The notes: a model not told the origin generated them from the letters alone. Positions 10,162 to 18,921 are shown, counted from the first letter of the stretch. The stretch: DNA of 64,000 nucleotides from Bacteroidia bacterium (GCA_040403075.1 JBBALJ010000001.1:18731-82730), one strand, 5' to 3'. Numbers and translations are program-made.

Positions 10162-11832
10162 TTAGTGTTTTATTAGCCGAAATCCTTGTTTTAAAGAACT
10201 TCCAATAGGAAAAATTTGTAAATGAAAATTCTCAAACAAAATTTTCTCATAACTAGAAGACATACATGGTAAATTTGTGTTCCAACAATATCTATTTTGG
10301 GTCGGATGGTAATAGAACTTATTATTCACAAGAATGCTATCAATACTTTCAAAATAATATTGATTGGACGGAAAAACAAGTCTTTCGGAAGTTAACTTAT
10401 CTATCTGTCCTAATTCTTTACTTGTATTAGTAGATAAAACATTTATACCAACCAAACCAATAAAAAACATGATGGAATAAATTCCTATCAAAAAGTTAGT
10501 TACCCAATTATTATTTTTGATGTTTTGTTTATTGAAAGCATTATAAATAAGTAGTGCTATAAAAAAAATGAATACGGGCAGGATAAATCTATATTGAGGA
10601 GCAAACAATAACCAAATAATAAAATTTAAGAAACCGAAGATTAGCATTATTGATTCGCTAATTGTTATTGTTTTTCGAATTCCCTCTCGAATAAATAAAA
10701 TCAATGAAATTAAGACTGTACCAAAGATGAATTTATTTATTAAGCCCTTTGCACCTCCCCTACTTAGTAACATTAATAATTGACTAATTATATCCTTCTG
10801 GTATTCATTTTCAACCAAAAAGGGCTTGTATTCATCAGAATAGGACCAAGATTTAATGCCATGTATAAAATAATCAAGAAGAGGTTCAGGCGTTTTCCAT
10901 TCTAATTGATTTACTGAAAAAGCTTTTATTGGATATAATGGATAGCCCGTTTGAAAAATATTTTTAGAAATATAAAGAGTGAAAATTACTAAAATAACTA
11001 AAAGTAATAAAGGACTTTCTAGTACTTTTTTTCGCTCGATAAAAAAACAATATCCGCCTAAACATAATAATAAAATAGCTGAGATTTTTATGGTGATAAC
11101 AAAGCAAGCAATTAAGATTATTCCTTTAAAATTCTCTTTACAAATAAAAAAATCCAATCCAATGGCTGTAAATACAATCACAGGAAAGTCAGGATTGGGT
11201 GCAGAAAGAAATGGCACTGATAAAAAAAGTACCAAAGAATATTGGGTTATAGAAAATAGTGTGATTGTTTTATTTGCAATTCTTGACACAATAAGAAAGG
11301 TATATATTAAAAAAACAAAACCATTCAAGTCATTGGTGTAAACGGAATCTGAAAAGATATATACCGATTGAAGAATATGCCATGCAGAGGATAGCCCTAA
11401 AGAAACATGGAGGTTTGATATACCATGCACAAATCCGTACTCTCTAACCCATTTAATGGTTTGTGTATAATACAAACCATCATCATTTATTTTAGATGAA
11501 GCGGAAGAATATATAGCTAAAACTGTAGATGCTAATAAAAGGAAAAAGGATTGTTTAAGAATCAGCTTTTCCTTAAGTGATTGAAATATTTTTTTATAAT
11601 AGGGAAATTCAAGAGCAATAAGAGAAATATTCAAGAAACAGAGTCCATAAAGGACATTAGAATAAATTGGCAAAAAAAATGCCAATGCGGTCAAAACACT
11701 TGAGTTGATTATCAAACCAACAATTACATTTTGTATTAGGTTTTGATCATTCTTAATCTGAATATTGATTGCTCTGCCCAATGGATAGTTGGTAAAAAAA
11801 ATCAATAGCCAATTAAACAATACCACTAACAT
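10162..11832 (-). CDS. Large polytopic membrane protein, GT-C / O-antigen-polymerase-like (function unassigned)
   Basis: 556 aa and hydrophobic throughout, with many TM segments by eye. It has an acidic loop motif KINDDGLYYTQTIKW after the early TM segments and a roughly 90-aa Cys-containing soluble C-terminal tail. Its start lies 5 nt after the stop of the XrtF-partner gene. Confidence 0.5.
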   Translation of the reverse strand: MLVVLFNWLLIFFTNYPLGRAINIQIKNDQNLIQNVIVGLIINSSVLTALAFFLPIYSNVLYGLCFLNISLIALEFPYYKKIFQSLKEKLILKQSFFLLLASTVLAIYSSASSKINDDGLYYTQTIKWVREYGFVHGISNLHVSLGLSSAWHILQSVYIFSDSVYTNDLNGFVFLIYTFLIVSRIANKTITLFSITQYSLVLFLSVPFLSAPNPDFPVIVFTAIGLDFFICKENFKGIILIACFVITIKISAILLLCLGGYCFFIERKKVLESPLLLLVILVIFTLYISKNIFQTGYPLYPIKAFSVNQLEWKTPEPLLDYFIHGIKSWSYSDEYKPFLVENEYQKDIISQLLMLLSRGGAKGLINKFIFGTVLISLILFIREGIRKTITISESIMLIFGFLNFIIWLLFAPQYRFILPVFIFFIALLIYNAFNKQNIKNNNWVTNFLIGIYSIMFFIGLVGINVLSTNTSKELGQIDKLTSERLVFPSNQYYFESIDSILVNNKFYYHPTQNRYCWNTNLPCMSSSYEKILFENFHLQIFPIGSSLKQGFRLIKH

Positions 11833-11836
11833 AAAA

Positions 11837-12289
11837 CTACGAATTCTGGGATTTAAAAAAGTAGGAAACTCCTAATACGAAAGGTACTATTGGATTCAAT
11901 AATATTATATTTAACTTTTGGTAGAGTTGCCTAAGAATTATTGGTTCTGAAAATGCAAAGTAGAAATAAAATGGAAAGAAAATAATTAGTACAAGCGTCT
12001 GTATCAGGATTACAGCTTTAGAAAATTTGATATCCAAAAATAACATATGGATAATTATGACGGCTGAAACATTATTTATAATGTACCTGAGCAATTTGTT
12101 TATTGCAAAATTTACTTCATTGTGATGGCTATGATTGAATTCGTAAAACCCATTCAGATTAATACAAAAACATAATACATCAAAATTCTGAAACAGAAAG
12201 GCTACGGCCAAACCTATTGAAGCTAGTGTGCCTAATGAAAATCTTAAGGAATTATTTAGTAGCATCCTCTTTAAAATTTGATGCACCAT
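11837..12289 (-). CDS. Exosortase F system-associated 4-TM membrane protein (TIGR04127-like)
   Basis: 150 aa with four hydrophobic segments. It overlaps the 3' end of the XrtF-like gene by 38 nt (14 nt if the second ATG at 12265 is used). The segment LLRYIINNVSAVIIIHMLFLD matches my recollection of this family. Assigned mainly from its position next to XrtF. Confidence 0.6.
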   Translation of the reverse strand: MVHQILKRMLLNNSLRFSLGTLASIGLAVAFLFQNFDVLCFCINLNGFYEFNHSHHNEVNFAINKLLRYIINNVSAVIIIHMLFLDIKFSKAVILIQTLVLIIFFPFYFYFAFSEPIILRQLYQKLNIILLNPIVPFVLGVSYFFKSQNS

Positions 12290-12785
12290 AATTATTTACC
12301 CAAAAAATAAATAATAGAAATACCAGTGAATAAATAAGTGCAGTAAAGGCATACTCATGGAGAAAAGAAAACCATTCGTGATGATTCAAGGCCACATAAA
12401 ATAAGGTGGAAACACGCATTACATTTAATAAAAAAACACCCAATAGTCCAATGGATAAAAATAGAACTTTTGATTTTATTGCTCCTTTAAATGATAAGAT
12501 GGATGCAAAAAAAGTAATCATGACACTTACTCCATTGCAACCTTCACTTACTGTAATATAATTTACCTTGTTTAAGTAAAACAATACTCGTGGGTGTAAA
12601 TCTGAGTATATCAGCGAAACATCATAACCAATTGAAATCAATATTCTTTGAGAAACGATAGCAACTAAATTTGATATCCCATCAATTTGATTACCCAAAT
12701 AATTTATCCAAAGTAGATAAAGTAGGTTTAAGAAAAGGTACAATCCTACAAATTTGGTGGCAAAAACTATAAGTTTCTTTTGCAT
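12252..12785 (-). CDS. xrtF: Exosortase family protein, XrtF-like (minimal exosortase)
   Basis: 177 aa and polytopic. The ordered Cys/Arg/His signature of exosortases/archaeosortases is present: VSEGCNGVSVM, LLNVMRVSTL, FLHEYAF. Size and pairing with a small partner gene fit the Flavobacteriia XrtF type. Confidence 0.75.
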   Translation of the reverse strand: MQKKLIVFATKFVGLYLFLNLLYLLWINYLGNQIDGISNLVAIVSQRILISIGYDVSLIYSDLHPRVLFYLNKVNYITVSEGCNGVSVMITFFASILSFKGAIKSKVLFLSIGLLGVFLLNVMRVSTLFYVALNHHEWFSFLHEYAFTALIYSLVFLLFIFWVNNYGASNFKEDATK

Positions 12786-12796
12786 TGTGTAAACAA

Positions 12797-13945
12797 TTAT
12801 GAAATACCTTGAGACCTAAGTCCCCCTATTAATGTCTCACAAATTTCTTTTAACAATTTTTCATTCATCTCTGTGTGAATAGGCAATGAAAAAACAGTTT
12901 GACTTGCGAGTTCAGACATAGGAAAATCATTAATACTATTAGCATCTGATGAGTATGCCAACTGATTGCATGCAACTGTCGGGTAATATACCATGGTTTG
13001 TATGCCACTTTCCAATAAATATTTTCTTAATTTATTCCTGTCAATTCTTTGCGATAATCTAATAGTATACTGATGAAAAACATGACTAGAGAAAACACTT
13101 CTAAAGGGGATTATTAAGTCTTGATATTTTCCCAAATATGTATCATAATAATGAGCTGCTGTATTTCTTTTGGATTCATAAGAATTCAAATATTTAAGCT
13201 TAACTCTTAGTATAGCAGCTTGTATACTATCAAGTCTCGAATTAACTCCTATTAGCTCATGCACATATAGCTCTCTTTGGCCATGATTTGCTATCATTCT
13301 TATTTTTAGGGCTAATTCATCATCATTTGTCATAATAGCTCCTCCATCTCCCATGCAACCTAAGTTTTTAGATGGAAAAAAAGAAGTGATGCCTATATGA
13401 CCTATCGTCCCAGTTCGCTTTTTATCACCATCAGAAAATGTATATATCGCACCCAAAGATTGAGCATTATCTTCAATAATAAATAGATTGTGCTTTTTTG
13501 CCATTTGAACAATTGACTTCATCTCAGCACTCTGACCAAATAAATGCACTGGAATGATGGCCTTAGTCTTATGTGTTATTTTCGATTCAATTTTGCTTAC
13601 ATCTAAATTGAATGATTCAATATCAATATCAACCATAATTGGATTTAAACCCAATAAAACAATAACTTCGATGGCTGCGGGATAAGTAAATGCAGGTACA
13701 ATAACTTCATCACCTTTTTCTAAACCCAACGCCATCAATGCAATTTGAATGGCATCTGTCCCATTACCACATCCTATAACATGTTTAACTCCTAAATATG
13801 CGGCCAATTCATTTTCAAAACATGCAACCTCATTCCCTTTTACAAAAACTGAACTTTCTATCACCTTTTGGATAGCATTGTCTAGTTCGGATTTTATTTT
13901 TGCATGCTGACTTTTAAGGTCAACCATTTGAATTTTCAAACTCAT
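12797..13945 (-). CDS. wbpE: DegT/DnrJ/EryC1-type PLP sugar aminotransferase, WbpE-like (3-aminotransferase of the 2,3-diacetamido-uronic acid pathway)
   Basis: 382 aa. QMVDLKSQHAKIKSELDNAI..., GNGTDAIQIALMALG and a PSKNLG region (PLP lysine). Operon context with WbpD-like and WbpB-like genes. Confidence 0.8.
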   Translation of the reverse strand: MSLKIQMVDLKSQHAKIKSELDNAIQKVIESSVFVKGNEVACFENELAAYLGVKHVIGCGNGTDAIQIALMALGLEKGDEVIVPAFTYPAAIEVIVLLGLNPIMVDIDIESFNLDVSKIESKITHKTKAIIPVHLFGQSAEMKSIVQMAKKHNLFIIEDNAQSLGAIYTFSDGDKKRTGTIGHIGITSFFPSKNLGCMGDGGAIMTNDDELALKIRMIANHGQRELYVHELIGVNSRLDSIQAAILRVKLKYLNSYESKRNTAAHYYDTYLGKYQDLIIPFRSVFSSHVFHQYTIRLSQRIDRNKLRKYLLESGIQTMVYYPTVACNQLAYSSDANSINDFPMSELASQTVFSLPIHTEMNEKLLKEICETLIGGLRSQGIS

Positions 13946-14523
13946 CTATTTAGCTTAATTACCTTTCCATCTTCTAACAAATACTTTGAAGAAGTTTCTT
14001 TGCATAAAGCAATTCCATTTTCATCAAATCGCAACTTATTACCGTATTCACTAACCCATCCTATTTGCCTTGCAGGATTGCCAATTAATAATTCAAAATC
14101 TTTAACATTTTTGGTAACAACTGCTCCTGCTCCAATCATGGCATAAGAGCCAATTTCAACTCCACAAATAATGGTTGCATTTGCCCCTATACTTGCCCCT
14201 TTTTTAATTAGAGTTCTTTTATATTCTTCTTTCCTATTAACAGTACTTCTAGGATTAATAACGTTAGTGAATACCATGGAAGGACCCAAAAACACATCGT
14301 CTTCACACTCTACACCTGTATATATTGATACGTTATTCTGAACTTTATTATTGTGACCAATTATAACACCATCGGCAATAAATACATTCTGTCCAATATT
14401 GCAATTGGAACCTATAACAGCCGAACCCATTATATGCGAAAAATGCCAGACTTTTGTTCCGGCACCTATATTACAGCCATGTTCTACTATGGCTGTATTG
14501 TGTATAAAAATTTCTAAATTCAT
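13942..14523 (-). CDS. wbpD: Left-handed beta-helix N-acetyltransferase, WbpD/WlbB-like
   Basis: 193 aa with hexapeptide repeats (IGAGTKVWHFSHIMGSAVIGSNCNIGQNVFIADGVIIG...). 4-nt ATGA overlap with the WbpE-like gene. Confidence 0.8.
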   Translation of the reverse strand: MNLEIFIHNTAIVEHGCNIGAGTKVWHFSHIMGSAVIGSNCNIGQNVFIADGVIIGHNNKVQNNVSIYTGVECEDDVFLGPSMVFTNVINPRSTVNRKEEYKRTLIKKGASIGANATIICGVEIGSYAMIGAGAVVTKNVKDFELLIGNPARQIGWVSEYGNKLRFDENGIALCKETSSKYLLEDGKVIKLNR

Positions 14524-14553
14524 TGATTACATTTTATGGAAAATTTCAATTCG

Positions 14554-15069
14554 TTAATACAATAAAATTGGCACATTCTTAAAATAAAAATCCACTCCAA
14601 TATTAATATTAATAAGTTTTTCATAATTAACTCTTGAATCGGGGTAACCAATATGACTGCTAAGAAAAAAACCAAGCCTACTAGTAAATGGTTTAATTAA
14701 TTTTATATTCATTCCAAACTGGTTAATTTTTTTTCCATCGTCTTTAGGTTGTACCTGCAATAAACTTAATCCAATTTGACTACAAAGATTTTTATTCAAT
14801 ATTCTATTTTTTTGATAACCTATTGAAAAAAAAGAAGAATATTTTCTAGTTTCACCTGGTTCAATAAAAACATCAAGATATACTTTATCATAAAATTTCA
14901 TTCCTAGGTTGATGAATGGAATTGTTGGGTAACCTGCACTAAGACCAATATTTATTCGTTGACGCCAAACTTCAAATTGATTGATTGATGAGGTATCGGC
15001 AGACTGTGCTTTTAACTTAATCGAAATTGAGCAAAGTGCGAAAATAAAACTTAAAAAAAATAATTTCAA
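14554..15069 (-). CDS. Small secreted protein, probable 8-strand-size outer-membrane beta-barrel
   Basis: 171 aa. Signal peptide MKLFFLSFIFALCSISIKLKAQ. Alternating hydrophobic strand-like pattern with aromatic girdle residues, ending ...FKNVPILLY. It sits between the WbpB-like and WbpD-like genes. Confidence 0.5.
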   Translation of the reverse strand: MKLFFLSFIFALCSISIKLKAQSADTSSINQFEVWRQRINIGLSAGYPTIPFINLGMKFYDKVYLDVFIEPGETRKYSSFFSIGYQKNRILNKNLCSQIGLSLLQVQPKDDGKKINQFGMNIKLIKPFTSRLGFFLSSHIGYPDSRVNYEKLININIGVDFYFKNVPILLY

Positions 15070-15084
15070 TTTTGAATTTCTTAA

Positions 15085-16101
15085 TTAATAAATTTCACTA
15101 TCATAAATTCTTTCAATAATCTCAACCACTTTCATTCCTTCTTCAGCAGAGGTTTTAATATCTTCAACTCCATTTAGAACATCAATAACATTTTGAATTA
15201 CATATTGATGATTAGCTGCACTCCCTTTATAATTTCCATAATCATTGGCAGCATTCGTTTCAGATAACATAGGCATAACATAATTTTTGATATCACAATG
15301 CAGCACTTTGTCCATGTACTGACCCCCAACTTTTACAGAACCCTTCTCCCCTATCACAGTTATACTACTTTCTAAATTCTTATTCCAAACACTTGTACTA
15401 TAACTAATTGTTCCAGACCCGCCTTTTACTAAATCAAAATTAATTAAACCAGTATCTTCAAACTCAATTGAATCATTGTGATTATAGTTATAGAATCGAG
15501 TTCGTACATTTTTTATGTCACCAAAAATCCAATACAAAGTATCTACAAAATGACTGAACTGAGTAAACAATGTACCACCATCCAATTGCTTTTTGCCCTT
15601 CCACGAAGTATTTAAATAATAATGATTATCTCTATTCCAAAAACAATTGATTTGAACATGATAAATGGCACCTAACAAATCAGTTTCAACAATCGATTTT
15701 AGCCAAGATGAAGGAGGCGAATAACGATTTTGCATAACGCAAAATACATTTCTATTATTACTTTTTGCTGTATCAATAACCAATTGGCACTCTTGACTAG
15801 TCAAGCCCATTGGTTTTTCAATTACTACATGAATTCCTTGATTCAAAAAAAATGTTGCCTGTTCACAATGCAAATAATTGGGTGTGGCAATACAAACAAC
15901 ATCTATTGAATCTTGATGTTTTACTAAATCATGAATGTCTGAATAAATTGGACAACTATAGGCATTCTTTAAACTCGAATGCAAATCATGATTAATTTCA
16001 ACCATCGCTACTATTTTTGCATCCTCTCTAACTTGAATTAAATCAGCATAGCGTTTACCAATATGTCCTAAGCCAACAATTGCAAATGTAATTTTGCTCA
16101 A
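15085..16101 (-). CDS. wbpB: Gfo/Idh/MocA NAD-dependent oxidoreductase, WbpB-like (UDP-GlcNAcA 3-dehydrogenase type)
   Basis: 338 aa. N-terminal Rossmann FAIVGLGHIGKRY and the EKPM motif (VVIEKPMGLT). Context with the WbpE/WbpD-like genes. Confidence 0.8.
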   Translation of the reverse strand: MSKITFAIVGLGHIGKRYADLIQVREDAKIVAMVEINHDLHSSLKNAYSCPIYSDIHDLVKHQDSIDVVCIATPNYLHCEQATFFLNQGIHVVIEKPMGLTSQECQLVIDTAKSNNRNVFCVMQNRYSPPSSWLKSIVETDLLGAIYHVQINCFWNRDNHYYLNTSWKGKKQLDGGTLFTQFSHFVDTLYWIFGDIKNVRTRFYNYNHNDSIEFEDTGLINFDLVKGGSGTISYSTSVWNKNLESSITVIGEKGSVKVGGQYMDKVLHCDIKNYVMPMLSETNAANDYGNYKGSAANHQYVIQNVIDVLNGVEDIKTSAEEGMKVVEIIERIYDSEIY

Positions 16102-16110
16102 ACCTAATAT

Positions 16111-17247
16111 CTATTTTTGATTTAAGACTTCAAGAATTATAGAAACTACAAGCTCCAAATCGGAGGTTGAAAGATTAGATCCTGAAGGCAAACAAAGACC
16201 ATTATCAAAAAGTTTGGCCGAGGTTCCATCACCATAAAATGGATACTTTTCGAATATGGGTTGCAAGTGCATTGGTTTCCACAATGGTCGGGACTCAATA
16301 TTCTTTTTATCTAAAGCTAACCTGATATCTTCACGCGTCACTCCATTGGTTTCGCTTGGATTAACTATTATACAAGTCAACCATCTGTTACTAAAAGAGC
16401 CTTCAGATTCATTATGAAAACTGACTCCCTTTATGTTTGACAATTTGGATTTATAAAACTCAAAATTTGATCTTCTTTGCGCAACCCTATCATTTAATAC
16501 AGTCATTTGGCCACGGCCAATTCCGGCACAAACATTACTCATTCTATAATTATATCCTATATGTGAATGTTGATAATGTGGAGCATTATCCCTTGCTTGT
16601 GTTGCTAGAAAACGTGCCTTATTAATATGAGCCTCATTGTTTGAAATCAAGGCTCCACCACCAGAAGTGGTAATTATTTTATTTCCATTAAATGACAATA
16701 CACCCAATTCTCCAAATGTACCACAAGCTTGTCCATTTAATGTGGATCCTAAACCTTCAGCTGCATCTTCAATTATTGGAATTTCATATTCATTAGCAAT
16801 GGCTACTATTTCATCCATCTTTGCTGGCATTCCATAGAGATGAACTGGTATTATTGCTTTTGGTTTCTTGCCATTCTTAATTCTATCTTCGATAGCTAAG
16901 CGAAGATGTTTTGGGCACATATTCCAAGTGTCTTCTTCCGAATCAATAAAAATAGGAATAGCTCCTTGATAAGCTATTGGATTCGCAGAAGCAGAGAATG
17001 TGAAACTTTGACACAATACTTCATCACCAGCAACCACACCCAACATTATTAAAGCCAAATGAATAGCAGATGTACCTGAACTTAAAGCAGCAGCGTATCC
17101 AGATTTTGTATATGTTACTAAATCTTTTTCAAAACCATCTACATGTGGACCTAGAGGGGCAATCCAATTCGTATCGAAAGCTACTTTTACATTTTCAAAT
17201 TCTTTACCACACATATGTGGCGATGAAAGCCAAATTTTATTGTTCAT
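16111..17247 (-). CDS. DegT-family PLP aminotransferase, PglE/EpsN-like (4-aminotransferase for 4-keto-6-deoxy-HexNAc)
   Basis: 378 aa. IWLSSPHMCGKEFENVKVAFDTNWIAPLGPHVDGFE, SGTSAIHLAL and SFNGNKIITTSGGG (PLP lysine region). Confidence 0.85.
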   Translation of the reverse strand: MNNKIWLSSPHMCGKEFENVKVAFDTNWIAPLGPHVDGFEKDLVTYTKSGYAAALSSGTSAIHLALIMLGVVAGDEVLCQSFTFSASANPIAYQGAIPIFIDSEEDTWNMCPKHLRLAIEDRIKNGKKPKAIIPVHLYGMPAKMDEIVAIANEYEIPIIEDAAEGLGSTLNGQACGTFGELGVLSFNGNKIITTSGGGALISNNEAHINKARFLATQARDNAPHYQHSHIGYNYRMSNVCAGIGRGQMTVLNDRVAQRRSNFEFYKSKLSNIKGVSFHNESEGSFSNRWLTCIIVNPSETNGVTREDIRLALDKKNIESRPLWKPMHLQPIFEKYPFYGDGTSAKLFDNGLCLPSGSNLSTSDLELVVSIILEVLNQK

Positions 17248-17250
17248 TGA

Positions 17251-17763
17251 TTATTTTTGTTTTGATATAGTTTTAAATTTATCGGATAAACTTTTATTGA
17301 AAATGAAAATCAGGAATGGCATTGAAGGGAAAAACAACAAAAAGTTGTAAACGTGCGAAGCACGAGTCATAATATTTGTCCCAATCCATATCATGATGTT
17401 ATCGTCACTTAAACAAAATAATTTTCCTATGTGTTTTAGGAAAAAAATTAAAATCAATGCAGTAAGCAGCAATTTTAAACTAGAATCCCCATTAAGGAAT
17501 AAAGATATTCTGCACTGGATTAGTAAGCAGATTAAAAAAACATGGAAATTTAAACTGAATATAAAATAATTGACTTTTGTTTTCAAAACATCAAACTGGA
17601 ATAATACCTCATTTCCATTTTTTTTAAAGTCTGACTTTTCTCTAATAAAAGCCAAATTGTTGTCTATAAAATCAAATTTGTAAACATAGCCAAGATAATT
17701 TACTAATGCATAAAGCAACACCAATATTATAATAAATAGTTTATTTTTCGGAGTCATTTTCAT
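17251..17763 (-). CDS. Small 4-TM membrane protein, partner of the second exosortase-like gene
   Basis: 170 aa with four hydrophobic segments and a loop of about 35 aa after TM1. This is the same architecture as the XrtF partner at 11837..12289. 23-nt overlap with the upstream exosortase-like ORF. Confidence 0.5.
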   Translation of the reverse strand: MKMTPKNKLFIIILVLLYALVNYLGYVYKFDFIDNNLAFIREKSDFKKNGNEVLFQFDVLKTKVNYFIFSLNFHVFLICLLIQCRISLFLNGDSSLKLLLTALILIFFLKHIGKLFCLSDDNIMIWIGTNIMTRASHVYNFLLFFPSMPFLIFIFNKSLSDKFKTISKQK

Positions 17764-18316
17764 TTGAAGGAGCTTGAATTATTGTCCATCTATGCCAAAG
17801 CCATATAATATATCCATATACTATAAACATAAAGGTATAATGATGGTGAAAATCTGCATATTCTCTACTAAACATTGATATCCATGCAATTATGAATATT
17901 CTAATGTTATTGAGAAGGAAAATACTTAAAAGCCCAAATATAAGAAACTCGAAAAATCGTTTTCTGCCCCCAAAGGCTATCAAAAAACCAAAAAACATGG
18001 CAAATAGTTCTAAACCATTGCAAGCTGTAGCAATTCCTATAATTGGCTTACCATTTACTAAAATATATTGCTTTGTACGTATTGCTTTATCTTCTCCTTC
18101 AATATTTCGGTATTTAGTTACAAAATTATCCGACAATCTCACATCATAACCCATCCATACAAACACTTGAGCTGTTATTTTAGCCTCAATAAGCGTAATA
18201 GGATCATTTATCTCTTCCTCTTTAAATACTACTTTGTATAAAAGAGTCCAAATCAACCAAATTGCGATGGCTTTTAATAGAAAAAAAAATAGAGGATGTT
18301 TAATATTTAGTAACAT
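17741..18316 (-). CDS. Divergent minimal exosortase/archaeosortase-family protein
   Basis: 191 aa and polytopic. Ordered signature IGIATACNGLELF (Cys), LLNNIRIFII (Arg), DFHHHYTF (His), with spacing like the XrtF-like ORF at 12252..12785. Confidence 0.65.
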   Translation of the reverse strand: MLLNIKHPLFFFLLKAIAIWLIWTLLYKVVFKEEEINDPITLIEAKITAQVFVWMGYDVRLSDNFVTKYRNIEGEDKAIRTKQYILVNGKPIIGIATACNGLELFAMFFGFLIAFGGRKRFFEFLIFGLLSIFLLNNIRIFIIAWISMFSREYADFHHHYTFMFIVYGYIIWLWHRWTIIQAPSNENDSEK

Positions 18317-18322
18317 ATAATT

Positions 18323-18916
18323 TTATATTTTTTCTTTAGCAGGAACTCCTAAACATGTTTTGCCGTCATTAATATCCTTTGTCACAACTGCACCTGCGCC
18401 TACTGTGCACCATTTGCCAATTTTGATGTTTTGTAACACCACTGCTCCACTGCCGATAAAACTCCCTTCACCAACATGCACATTACCTGAAAGATGAACT
18501 CCTGACATAATTGATACATAATCTTCGATAATCGTATCATGTCCAATAGTACTATTTGAATTTATGATAACATGGTTACCTATTTTAATATCAACGGATA
18601 TTACAACTCCTTTTGAAATAATATTTCCAACGCCAATTATATTGCTTTTATGAAAACTCAATTTATGGTGTAAAACATTCACAAAATTTAATGATTCATT
18701 TAGTGAGATTTTCTTTCTAGTTTTAGAATCAGCTATTGCAATTACGCAACTTACTTCATTTCCAATGGTATTAATAACTGGCTTATCATGCAACCTATTT
18801 AATGTTTTATAATCATCAATAAAACCAATGACATTATTATACATTGAATCTTCTATAAGCCAAAGTGTTTCTTTGCCCATGCCACCTGCACCATATATCC
18901 ATAATGGTTCTTGCAT
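18323..18916 (-). CDS. NeuD/PglD-family sugar N-acetyltransferase
   Basis: 197 aa. N-terminal Rossmann-like IYGAGGMGKE followed by hexapeptide repeats (IGNHVIINSNSTIGHDTIIEDYVSIMSGVHLSGNVHVGEGSFIGSGAVV). Confidence 0.85.
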   Translation of the reverse strand: MQEPLWIYGAGGMGKETLWLIEDSMYNNVIGFIDDYKTLNRLHDKPVINTIGNEVSCVIAIADSKTRKKISLNESLNFVNVLHHKLSFHKSNIIGVGNIISKGVVISVDIKIGNHVIINSNSTIGHDTIIEDYVSIMSGVHLSGNVHVGEGSFIGSGAVVLQNIKIGKWCTVGAGAVVTKDINDGKTCLGVPAKEKI

Positions 18917-18921
18917 TTTAT

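Noticed and set aside
10979-11341. Plus-strand 120-aa ORF. Similar antisense ORFs occur at 45254..45613, 56255..56617, 56774..57052 and 58421..58801
   Set aside because: Each is fully embedded antisense in a well-supported minus-strand gene and has no motif content. They are treated as chance ORFs.
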